Source of the DNA: Bacteriovoracaceae bacterium
GTDB taxonomy: Bacteria; Bdellovibrionota; Bacteriovoracia; Bacteriovoracales; Bacteriovoracaceae
Direction of reading: 5' to 3'
Assembly (NCBI GenBank): GCA_048270185.1
Contig: JBLWTJ010000002.1
Span: forward strand, 32,001 to 96,000
DNA: 64,000 bases
In this document: piece by piece, positions 39,519 through 47,495 of the stretch
Position numbering within the stretch: position 1 is the stretch's first letter
How the letters are laid out: every line of letters begins with the position of its first letter
The notes under the pieces: generated by a model
Told to the model about the DNA's origin: nothing
The model's database searches: none
What the model saw: the letters and a program-made list of their open reading frames with translations, nothing else
Made by a program: the position numbers and the translations under genes

Positions 39519-40097
39519 CTACTCCTGGCCAAGTTTAGTAATCTGTCCTTGAAGGTGGTTATCAACAGCGGCCTTGAACTCTTTCGATAGTCCTTTTTCG
39601 TGATTTAAGGCGTACTTCATTGCTTTCTTAAGCTTTGATTCTTTTAACGAGATAAGGCTATAGATCTTTAGCACATACTTTGGTGCCCCATCTTCATCAA
39701 AAGTCTTAACTTTTTCCCAGTACCTTTCTTCTTGGTAAATTCCCGAGCTGATATGCTTTGAGAACTCGTTACCATAGAACCTTGCAAGCTCTCCGGAATT
39801 CTCAACACCTTCCTCAGCGTTTTGGAAGATGAAGCTCATCTCATTAACAATGGTACGAGAAATTTCGTGACGAGCATTATTGTCTGCCACTCTTGCCAAG
39901 GCAGTAACCTTCGCATTAATTGAGGCTTCGGCTACACCAACACTATAGACCTTGCCTTCCTTTTTAAACATCGGCTTTGTGATGTCGGCCCATGCTGGTT
40001 TGCTCTCATAATTAGAGCTGTGAGAGATAACTTTCTCAGTAAATGATGAACATGAATAAATGATGAATAAAGAAAGTAAAATAATGTAGTTCCTCAT
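39519..40097 (-). CDS. LPP20-like lipoprotein
   Basis: Lipobox IYSC; KPAW..., YSVGVA...ADNNARHEIS, ERYWEK. Confidence 0.7.
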   Translation of the reverse strand: MRNYIILLSLFIIYSCSSFTEKVISHSSNYESKPAWADITKPMFKKEGKVYSVGVAEASINAKVTALARVADNNARHEISRTIVNEMSFIFQNAEEGVENSGELARFYGNEFSKHISSGIYQEERYWEKVKTFDEDGAPKYVLKIYSLISLKESKLKKAMKYALNHEKGLSKEFKAAVDNHLQGQITKLGQE

Positions 40098-40116
40098 ATC
40101 GTCCTCCTATAGACTC

Positions 40117-40149
40117 ATCATAGAAGAAGCGAATCCAAGAATATGAGAC
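40117..40149 (-). promoter_or_regulatory. Putative WYL-activated promoter, site 1
   Basis: Minus strand GTCTCATATTCTTGGAT-N10-TATGAT upstream of the lipoprotein operon. Confidence 0.65.
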
Positions 40150-40208
40150 TCTGCACTCAAGACATATATTTATAAGACTTTGAAATTACTTATATATTTC
40201 ATATTTAC

Positions 40209-40236
40209 TAAATAACCGACTCCAGTACTCCGATAA
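40209..40236 (+). promoter_or_regulatory. Sigma28-like promoter of the WYL gene (apparently leaderless)
   Basis: TAAA-N16-TCCGATAA ending 7 nt before the ATG; no SD. Confidence 0.55.
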
Positions 40237-40243
40237 AATCCTT

Positions 40244-41251
40244 ATGAGTTCGACAGTGGAAAAATTCTTTAATGTCATTGAGGCCATCCTTTGTCATAGC
40301 AAGGGGCAAATCAGTGAAGAAGAGCTTAAGAGTGTTCTAGGTGATCCACCAAGATCGACTTGGTTTAAGCATAAGAAAGAACTCATTAATGAGAATTATG
40401 GGCTTCTTGATGAAGTTAAGTCACCAGAAGGTCTGTCCTATTTCTCCCTTAAACCATTTAATAACCAATTTAATTATTTAGAGAAGAGAGAGCTCTATAT
40501 CATGGAAGCCTATAAGCACTTAGGCTTCCTTCTTGATGCAAATTTTGATTCCATTAAGTTTCAAAGCTCTCAAGATGTCTCGACAAAAGATTTAAATGAG
40601 TTGTCACGTAAGTTCTTCTATCTTTCAAAGAATCACGCAAAGGATACTTCAAAAGAACAAAAAGAAATTTATGAAAATCTAACGACGTCACTTCTTCAGA
40701 ATAAAGAAGTCTTCATTCACTATCCTTCTGCAAATGATATCGATGGGACAAGACTTCGAAGGGTTCGCCCTCTCACGATTTGCTATCACCTTGATGACCT
40801 CTATCTGCTCGCTAATGAAGAGAAAATCGTCGATGGAAAAGCGAGTTGGGTTGATCGAAATTTTAAGATGAGTCGAATCAAGTCTCTGACTCTTTCTAAT
40901 AATAGTTTTAATTATCCAAGTGCTACTAAGTGGAATCCAAAGAAGGAGTATGAAAATACTAGTGGACTCTATAAGGGTGAAGTCAGGGTGGCCACAGCAA
41001 ATATCTATGGGGTCCTGAGAAAGCTCTTAAAAGAGAAGAATATCATCAACTCATCTCTCATTAGTGAGCATGATGACTTTGATACATATGAATTTAAATA
41101 CACAGATGAAGTCGAGTTTCTTGGAAAGTTTTTAACCTGGGCCGATTCATTTGAAATTCTATCCCCCTTAACTCTAAAGGATCACTTCATCCAAAAGCTA
41201 GAAGCTGCAATAACTTTAAATAGCTCTAAGAAGCTAAAGAAAGCTGCTTAA
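40244..41251 (+). CDS. WYL-domain transcriptional regulator (HTH-WYL-WCX)
   Basis: N-terminal HTH, RRVRPLTI...DLYLLA...RNFKMSRIKSL, C-terminal WADSFEILSPLTLK. Confidence 0.9.
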   Translation: MSSTVEKFFNVIEAILCHSKGQISEEELKSVLGDPPRSTWFKHKKELINENYGLLDEVKSPEGLSYFSLKPFNNQFNYLEKRELYIMEAYKHLGFLLDANFDSIKFQSSQDVSTKDLNELSRKFFYLSKNHAKDTSKEQKEIYENLTTSLLQNKEVFIHYPSANDIDGTRLRRVRPLTICYHLDDLYLLANEEKIVDGKASWVDRNFKMSRIKSLTLSNNSFNYPSATKWNPKKEYENTSGLYKGEVRVATANIYGVLRKLLKEKNIINSSLISEHDDFDTYEFKYTDEVEFLGKFLTWADSFEILSPLTLKDHFIQKLEAAITLNSSKKLKKAA

Positions 41252-42713
41252 CGAGCTTCTTTGCGACCTTTTGAGAAAGCTTACTTGGCCTACAATTACT
41301 CTTGCCCTTATGCTGAACGACTTGAAAATCTCGATGAAAGTATTCTCTTCTAATCTCTATTGTCGAGCGCTCTCCTAATACCTCAAGGGATAAGATACGC
41401 GAACTTCCTGACTCAACTAAGCGATCATAACCATGCGTTCCCACACAGTGATCCATCTCCTTAGTCTCTTGTTCGAGATCAAACCTTGTTAGAAGCTCTC
41501 TTAACTCAACCTTCTCTAGGCTACTCACTGCAGACAAGTCCAGAGGCGTATTAAGCTTTGCATATCGACCTTTAAACTCTTCTGCTTCAATCAGAGACGC
41601 TAAGACATTGTACATCAAGTAAGGATTTATTCTCTGGGCCGGATACTGTTGGCATACATTCTTTAATGTCACAAAGAAGATATCTCCATATGTCTTTATC
41701 TGTTTCTTGAAAATAAAAAGGTCATTAACCAGTTCGTGAAAACATATTTCCGGGCGAGACAAGTAATTAGAAAATTCAAACCGTCCCATATAAGAGCTTA
41801 CAAAGTTTAACTTCTCTTTTGAAATGGCCTGTGGAAGAGTTTCTTGAAAACTATCAATACTATAATTTGATTTTTCAACGAGAAATGAAAAGACATCTGG
41901 ATAGGTCAAGAGATCGGCCATTCTTCTTACGAGTCCCTTAGGCTTTGAGTGATATAACTGCATACAAAAGTGCATAAGCCTTTTATCATCTTGGATGAGA
42001 GGATGAATCTGTCCTAATGGCATCTCTTCATTAACTTCACTAATGAGCTCGTTATACCCCGAAATACGCTCTTCACTTCGAACAATCATTCCCATAAAGC
42101 ACGAACCATAGGCTCCTTCAAAAGAGGCCATATAAGCTAAGGAGTTAATCTCATGCATGACATTCACATAGCACTCTTCTTCGCTCTTGGCCGACTTTAA
42201 GACATTAACTAAGGACTTATCAATATCCTCTTTTCTTTGAGGTGTCGCATAGACCTGCTTCTTCTTTTCAAAATCTGCAAATTCTGAGGTAGCTAGAAAT
42301 TGCCTCGAAAAAATATCGTAGGCAATTTGATGAGAGTTGATTGTTGCGCTCTTTATAATCTCATCGATTGGATTTCCCTTTGTCGAAAATGGCTTTATAA
42401 TCAAACCCTTTTGGCTATAAGACCTTAGAAAAACTGTTTCTTTACCGGCTCGATGAAGCTCACTTCGATACGTATGCTTATAAATCGTTAGGGTATCAGG
42501 AAGTGTTAACTCTCTTTTTAGAAATCCCTGATAGATCGTAAAAAGGTCTTCTCCTGTAATAAAAAAGCTAGAAGTTGGATTCTTCATTCGTAAGCGTTGA
42601 ATATCAAACTGGCCAGAGAAGATTCTAAGTAGCAGCTTCTCAAACGTCAGAGACTTTGATTGCAGCGTATTCTTTATGTAATTTAATTGTAGATGATCTA
42701 AAATCAGTCCCAT
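41226..42713 (-). CDS. PcfJ-domain protein
   Basis: C-terminal LEQETKEMDHCVG..Y...SRILSL...RSTIEI...VVQHKGKSN. Confidence 0.8.
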   Translation of the reverse strand: MGLILDHLQLNYIKNTLQSKSLTFEKLLLRIFSGQFDIQRLRMKNPTSSFFITGEDLFTIYQGFLKRELTLPDTLTIYKHTYRSELHRAGKETVFLRSYSQKGLIIKPFSTKGNPIDEIIKSATINSHQIAYDIFSRQFLATSEFADFEKKKQVYATPQRKEDIDKSLVNVLKSAKSEEECYVNVMHEINSLAYMASFEGAYGSCFMGMIVRSEERISGYNELISEVNEEMPLGQIHPLIQDDKRLMHFCMQLYHSKPKGLVRRMADLLTYPDVFSFLVEKSNYSIDSFQETLPQAISKEKLNFVSSYMGRFEFSNYLSRPEICFHELVNDLFIFKKQIKTYGDIFFVTLKNVCQQYPAQRINPYLMYNVLASLIEAEEFKGRYAKLNTPLDLSAVSSLEKVELRELLTRFDLEQETKEMDHCVGTHGYDRLVESGSSRILSLEVLGERSTIEIRREYFHRDFQVVQHKGKSNCRPSKLSQKVAKKLVKQLSLAS

Positions 42714-42734
42714 GACTTACTCCCCCTCTAGCGA

Positions 42735-42767
42735 ATAATAGAGGAAGCACGTCTAGGATATTGAGAC
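42735..42767 (-). promoter_or_regulatory. Putative WYL-activated promoter, site 2
   Basis: Minus strand GTCTCAATATCCTAGAC-N10-TATTAT upstream of the pcfJ-like gene. Confidence 0.7.
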
Positions 42768-42769
42768 TT

Positions 42770-43255
42770 TTAAGCTTTACAGAGAATTGGCCAACCAAAC
42801 TCTGAGCGAACGACATTTTCTACGAATACTCTCAAGGCCTTACTATCATCACTAACGTCAATATAGCCTTCAAGCTTATCCTTGAGGCACTTTTCATAAA
42901 TGACAGCATATTCATAATTAACTTTATATCGACCTAACGCCAAGCAGGCCGTCCCCTTGTAGCCATTTTCAGAGAAGTGGGCATTAAGCCTATTCTTAAC
43001 ATTCTTTGCCATGCCAAAATAATGAAACTTCTTACTCTCAATATTCTTTAAGCCAGAATTAGCTTTAATGGTATTAGGGATATGCACATGCTTACTTGCC
43101 TTAAGAGGATTCTGTTTTATCTTATTAAGTCCTATAACTTTTATTAGATACCATCCAGGCTTACCTTTGATACTTTCGAAACCATCACTCTTCATTTTCT
43201 TGATAGCATCTTCAACTTCTTCACGAATTATTGATCTTACTGTATCGAGGCTCAT
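42770..43255 (-). CDS. GIY-YIG-superfamily nuclease
   Basis: PGWYLI...YFGMAKNVKNRLNAHF, with a downstream E in VFVEN. Confidence 0.7.
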   Translation of the reverse strand: MSLDTVRSIIREEVEDAIKKMKSDGFESIKGKPGWYLIKVIGLNKIKQNPLKASKHVHIPNTIKANSGLKNIESKKFHYFGMAKNVKNRLNAHFSENGYKGTACLALGRYKVNYEYAVIYEKCLKDKLEGYIDVSDDSKALRVFVENVVRSEFGWPILCKA

Positions 43256-43429
43256 GTTATACTCCCTAGCTGTATTCTTAATAGCTTAACTCTTTAACCA
43301 CACAATTTATTGTCATAATTTTAGAGAACGCCACTATTAGTATATACCCAACAAGCTGTTTTTCCGTACAAAATATATTTCATTTAAAATCTTCCATCTT
43401 GACTGACATAAAAAGAGAGAGATTTAGAA

Positions 43430-44710
43430 ATGAAAGAATACACGCCAAAACACTTCTACACGATTTTTGATCCATTTTTAAAAGCCGAGTTATTCACAAA
43501 AGAAAATGAAAAGAACACTCAAGGCCATGAGTTTCAAAGGCAGCTCAAGGAGAAATACCAGAATATGAAAGATGGTGATAACTGCCTTCAGTATATGTAC
43601 TGGGGAAAGATCTCTGTCTCTCAAAAGGCTTCTAAATTGGGAACTGAGCTAAATGAGCTTGTTGAAAAAAACAGAAAGCATAATTTTACGACTCACCTAT
43701 TTATTAGTGACTTCAATCACCTCTGGGTCGCAAAGGTTGAAGAAGTATGCTTTGGTGACGATGAAGAGTTCTATGCAAATGCTTTGGACTTCTACCGAGA
43801 GTTTCAAGGTAAGGGGCAAATCGAAGCTTGGTTTAAGATCTCAGATATTGATCTCATTGGAAATAATGCTGAAGAAACTCATCAGTATATTTCTAGTCTT
43901 GAAACAATTATCAACTCGAATAAAGTTTATATCACTCCATACGTCAGTAACTTAAGATACCCTGTCATTGTCAAAGACTTCGCCTGTGTGGAACCAGTCC
44001 ACTTTGATACATCAAGGCCACTTGTACTGGAGAACTTAATCGAGAATGAATCCTTCTATGAGAAGATAAAAATGATCATTACAAAGTATAGTATTCCTAA
44101 AGAAGAGTTCGAAAAGCTTAAGCCAACAGTCCAAAAAGAAATCATTCGAACGGAAATGGACTTCTTTGATCAGAAGGCCAAGAATTGGAATAGTCTCTAC
44201 TTCTCATATTTTAAGGCCCTTGAGTGGCAGCTCAATCATGTGGTTCTAAACTTCCTTAAGTCAGAGTATAAAGATGGAGAAATTCAAGTTCTTAGAAAGA
44301 ATAATAATTGTGCGACTTTCTACTTTCCTGACAATCCAAATAATCAACCAGGAGATGAATGTATTCCACTAAATGAATACCATGGTAACTTCTCAATCAA
44401 GGTTATTATGAATTGTCTGTTTTCAGGAAGTAATAAGGTCGTCTCAAAGAAAGGTAACCGCCAAGTCTTCTCGGCCCTCCCTGGCCTCTATCAATATGTC
44501 TCAGAAGACTTAAAGAGTTTTCTCAATCTAAATAAAATCGTAGATACCAGAAATATCATTGTTCACAATGATTCATTAGAAGTTACTGAAGCCGACTTTA
44601 AAAAGATACGAAATGAGCTTCTAGGGATCGCAAAGACTGGGATTCTCGTGGAGCTTGCAAATTACACAACTAAGGAACAAAACAAAGCAAGACTCAAGGT
44701 TGCGGCTTAA
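43430..44710 (+). CDS. HP0729-like protein with C-terminal HEPN-type RxxxxH motif
   Basis: YWGKI, HLFISDFNHLWVAKV and EAWFKISD resemble the HP0729 family from memory; helical C-terminus with RNIIVH. Confidence 0.55.
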   Translation: MKEYTPKHFYTIFDPFLKAELFTKENEKNTQGHEFQRQLKEKYQNMKDGDNCLQYMYWGKISVSQKASKLGTELNELVEKNRKHNFTTHLFISDFNHLWVAKVEEVCFGDDEEFYANALDFYREFQGKGQIEAWFKISDIDLIGNNAEETHQYISSLETIINSNKVYITPYVSNLRYPVIVKDFACVEPVHFDTSRPLVLENLIENESFYEKIKMIITKYSIPKEEFEKLKPTVQKEIIRTEMDFFDQKAKNWNSLYFSYFKALEWQLNHVVLNFLKSEYKDGEIQVLRKNNNCATFYFPDNPNNQPGDECIPLNEYHGNFSIKVIMNCLFSGSNKVVSKKGNRQVFSALPGLYQYVSEDLKSFLNLNKIVDTRNIIVHNDSLEVTEADFKKIRNELLGIAKTGILVELANYTTKEQNKARLKVAA

Positions 44711-44816
44711 ATATCTGTAATCACAAAAGAGACAGAGGTTTGTGCTCAAGTAATTTCGCTTATGGCCCGAAAAGTAAAGATAGCTTGAAAAGTAATAAGA
44801 AAATAGGAAAGGATAT

Positions 44817-46544
44817 ATGCCATTACATATCTTAAAAACTTCTCCAAAGCTTGGAGAGAAGAAAGTACTTAAGCATATTGAAGAATTATATAAAGATGTT
44901 GAGCGCGATGTTTATGTCATCAGTGATAATCTTCTAAGTATTGATGAAGGTGTTTCTTTTAAGCCAGACTTTATCATTCTTGATCCAACTTACGGAATTT
45001 CAATTATTGAAGTAAAGAGCTACAAAGAAGATAGTATCGACAAGCTCGATAATTTTACCATCACATTCACTAATGGTGATACCGACTTATCCCCTTTCAA
45101 AAAGTGTCAGGACTATCGCTTTAAATTATCAGACTATTTAAATGCCAATGAACTAGATATTTCCATGAAGAAGATTAAAACACTTCTCGTCTTCACAAAT
45201 ATCAAAGAAGACCTATTTAGAGAATATGACTATGTGGAGTCTCACTATAAGAACTTTCAAGAAACTTTAAATCTTGAAACTCTATTTCCACAAACACCTA
45301 TTCAAAAGAAGAAGATAAACGATATCTACATGGCCATGAATCCAGTTATGTACTTTAATATTGAAACACAGGACACCGCCAGTTCATCATTTGATAAATT
45401 AGATGAAGACCAGCTCGACTTTGTAAAAAAGCCAATTGGTGGCCACTACCTAATCTCAGGAATTCCAGGAAGTGGTAAATCCGTCGCTGTTGTCTCTCGT
45501 GCAATCTATATCGCCAATGAGAAGCCTGATTGGAAAATCCTCGTCCTTTCTGAAAATAAGTTTTTAAAAGAGAAGAATGAGAAGGCCATTAGAGAGCGCA
45601 CAAAGAATTTTAATAAGCTTGGAAACGATACTGAGAATAATATCGTCTGCATGACCTTAATGAAGCTTCTCACAGACACTTCACCAGAAGAAGCTGACAA
45701 GTTTATGAAGTATCCTGACAAGGTCGACTTTCTAACCAATGCCATTCTTGATTCTGAAATTGTCGCGAAGTATGACGCCGTCTTAATCGATGAGTACCAA
45801 GACTTCTCAGATGATCATATACGCATTGCAAAGCTTGTCACTAAGAAGAAATCAACAATTATTAATAATGAAGAAAGGCTCATTGAAAATATCTTTCTAT
45901 CTGGAGACCGATTACAAAAGGTTAAAGAAAAAGGCAGTTCAGGAAATTGGATTGATATTGGTATTGAAATTTCAGGGCGCAGTAAGAAGCTAAAAGGAAG
46001 CTATCGCTGTGGACGAGAGATTATCGACATCGCCTTAAGCTTTTTAAAGTCTGCCGGAAAAGTCGTAAAAGACGAAGTTGAATCCTACTACGAAGGAACT
46101 GATACTATTGAGTATCTTGGAGACTTAACAGGAAGCTTCTCGACCTTCACAGGTTGGGATGATCTTGGAGTTGCAAAGATTCACAATTGGGTCAATGCAC
46201 TAACCTCAAAAGGTGTTCCTCCATCTGATATCTTAATTATCACACCTAATAATACAACCTTGGTTAATAAACTTAAGAAAGCATTTCACAATGAAGTCTC
46301 AGAAGGCCTACTCATTGGAATGCCAAGTAATATCAAAGGCCTTGAAGCAGGTCACTGCGCTATCTATAACTTTGATAGCATTGGTTACCATTCATCTTCA
46401 CAGTCAAATAAGTATAAGCAAATCTACATGTGCTTAACGAGGGCCAGATCAAGTATCTTCATCAACTGCTGGAAGGCCGGCAATGAAGACTTTGAGAAGC
46501 TTGAAGAAATTATCGCATCAAAGACAGATTTTGAAGCGGCTTAG
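44817..46544 (+). CDS. NERD nuclease fused to a UvrD-like SF1 helicase
   Basis: PDFIIL..GISIIEVK; GIPGSGKS, IDEYQD, GDRLQ, SYRC, KGLE and YMCLTRAR. Confidence 0.9.
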   Translation: MPLHILKTSPKLGEKKVLKHIEELYKDVERDVYVISDNLLSIDEGVSFKPDFIILDPTYGISIIEVKSYKEDSIDKLDNFTITFTNGDTDLSPFKKCQDYRFKLSDYLNANELDISMKKIKTLLVFTNIKEDLFREYDYVESHYKNFQETLNLETLFPQTPIQKKKINDIYMAMNPVMYFNIETQDTASSSFDKLDEDQLDFVKKPIGGHYLISGIPGSGKSVAVVSRAIYIANEKPDWKILVLSENKFLKEKNEKAIRERTKNFNKLGNDTENNIVCMTLMKLLTDTSPEEADKFMKYPDKVDFLTNAILDSEIVAKYDAVLIDEYQDFSDDHIRIAKLVTKKKSTIINNEERLIENIFLSGDRLQKVKEKGSSGNWIDIGIEISGRSKKLKGSYRCGREIIDIALSFLKSAGKVVKDEVESYYEGTDTIEYLGDLTGSFSTFTGWDDLGVAKIHNWVNALTSKGVPPSDILIITPNNTTLVNKLKKAFHNEVSEGLLIGMPSNIKGLEAGHCAIYNFDSIGYHSSSQSNKYKQIYMCLTRARSSIFINCWKAGNEDFEKLEEIIASKTDFEAA

Positions 46545-46560
46545 TAACTAGTTTAGAAGT

Positions 46561-47166
46561 TTAGACAAAGTACTTCTTATAGTGCTCTAGACGGTAGTCA
46601 TAAGTTGGCTTCTTCCCTGTATATGAAAGTTTCCAATTCTTATACTCTGCATTTCGCCCAATGCCTCGCGAAGCCTGCCCAGACGGTGAAATCAAAACAA
46701 CTTCAACAACCTGTCCGACTACATTCGGCTTAATATTTTCACAAAACCAATCTCTTACCTGCTGTGAAGTAAAATAGATTTTTTCGATTTTATTCTCATT
46801 AATAATATTCGCAAGTCCGTGATTCCAAGTTTGCTCATGAAGATCTGCATCTGATGCACTCCCCTTGTGACGCTGGCATGAGTGAATAACATCAGAGATA
46901 CCGATATTTCGTGCACTCAACTCTTCCTTAATCGCTTCCTTACTTGTAAGCTTTCGTCCGAAGCAATCCCCTAATAATCGCCAAAGAAGATTCTGATTTC
47001 CACCATAGTAGAAGTTAACCTCACCTTCATTGATCTCATCACTTCTTTCAGGATTCGTGAACTTTCCAATGGGAAATGATCCGACAATAAGCTTACGACA
47101 TCCTTCTGGAATATAGTCGCCAAATGGATGAACCTCTACTGGCCCTAAATCTAGTTTCTTACTCAT
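46561..47166 (-). CDS. Uracil-DNA glycosylase superfamily protein (MUG/HDG-like)
   Basis: HPF, LIVGSFP, FYYG..N.LWR, SASDADL and LISPS motifs. Confidence 0.85.
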   Translation of the reverse strand: MSKKLDLGPVEVHPFGDYIPEGCRKLIVGSFPIGKFTNPERSDEINEGEVNFYYGGNQNLLWRLLGDCFGRKLTSKEAIKEELSARNIGISDVIHSCQRHKGSASDADLHEQTWNHGLANIINENKIEKIYFTSQQVRDWFCENIKPNVVGQVVEVVLISPSGQASRGIGRNAEYKNWKLSYTGKKPTYDYRLEHYKKYFV

Positions 47167-47190
47167 TCATTCCTCCGAAAACTATCACTA

Positions 47191-47376
47191 TTATAACTTA
47201 AATATATCAAATGATACTAATCGATAGATTTTATTATAGATAAACCTCTTAGGTGACCTAAGCCATCCCCATCCCCTTGGCATCTTAATTCCAAGGCCAT
47301 GAACTGCCCTTCTCCTAATGGATGTCCTAGCTGATATCCTCTTTTTCAATGAAAACTTTCTTGCGCCAAACTTCAT
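47191..47376 (-). CDS. Small highly basic protein (phage/MGE-associated type)
   Basis: MKFGARKFSLKKRISARTS...GWGWLRSPKRFIYNKIY; start at ATG 47376 after AAGGGAG. Confidence 0.7.
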   Translation of the reverse strand: MKFGARKFSLKKRISARTSIRRRAVHGLGIKMPRGWGWLRSPKRFIYNKIYRLVSFDIFKL

Positions 47377-47396
47377 GAGTGATCTCCCTTTTTTAG

Positions 47397-47429
47397 AGTA
47401 TAGACAATGGAGGTCTCGGATTGTGAGAC
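47397..47429 (-). promoter_or_regulatory. Putative WYL-activated promoter, site 3
   Basis: Minus strand GTCTCACAATCCGAGAC (perfect GTCTC-N7-GAGAC)-N10-TATACT. Confidence 0.7.
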
Positions 47430-47460
47430 AAAAGTCATGCATAATACAATAACTAAACAC

Positions 47461-47488
47461 TAAATAAAACACCCTTATTAACCGATAG
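47461..47488 (+). promoter_or_regulatory. Sigma28-like promoter of the DUF2779 gene (apparently leaderless)
   Basis: TAAA-N16-ACCGATAG ending 7 nt before the ATG. Confidence 0.55.
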
Positions 47489-47495
47489 GATTGCT

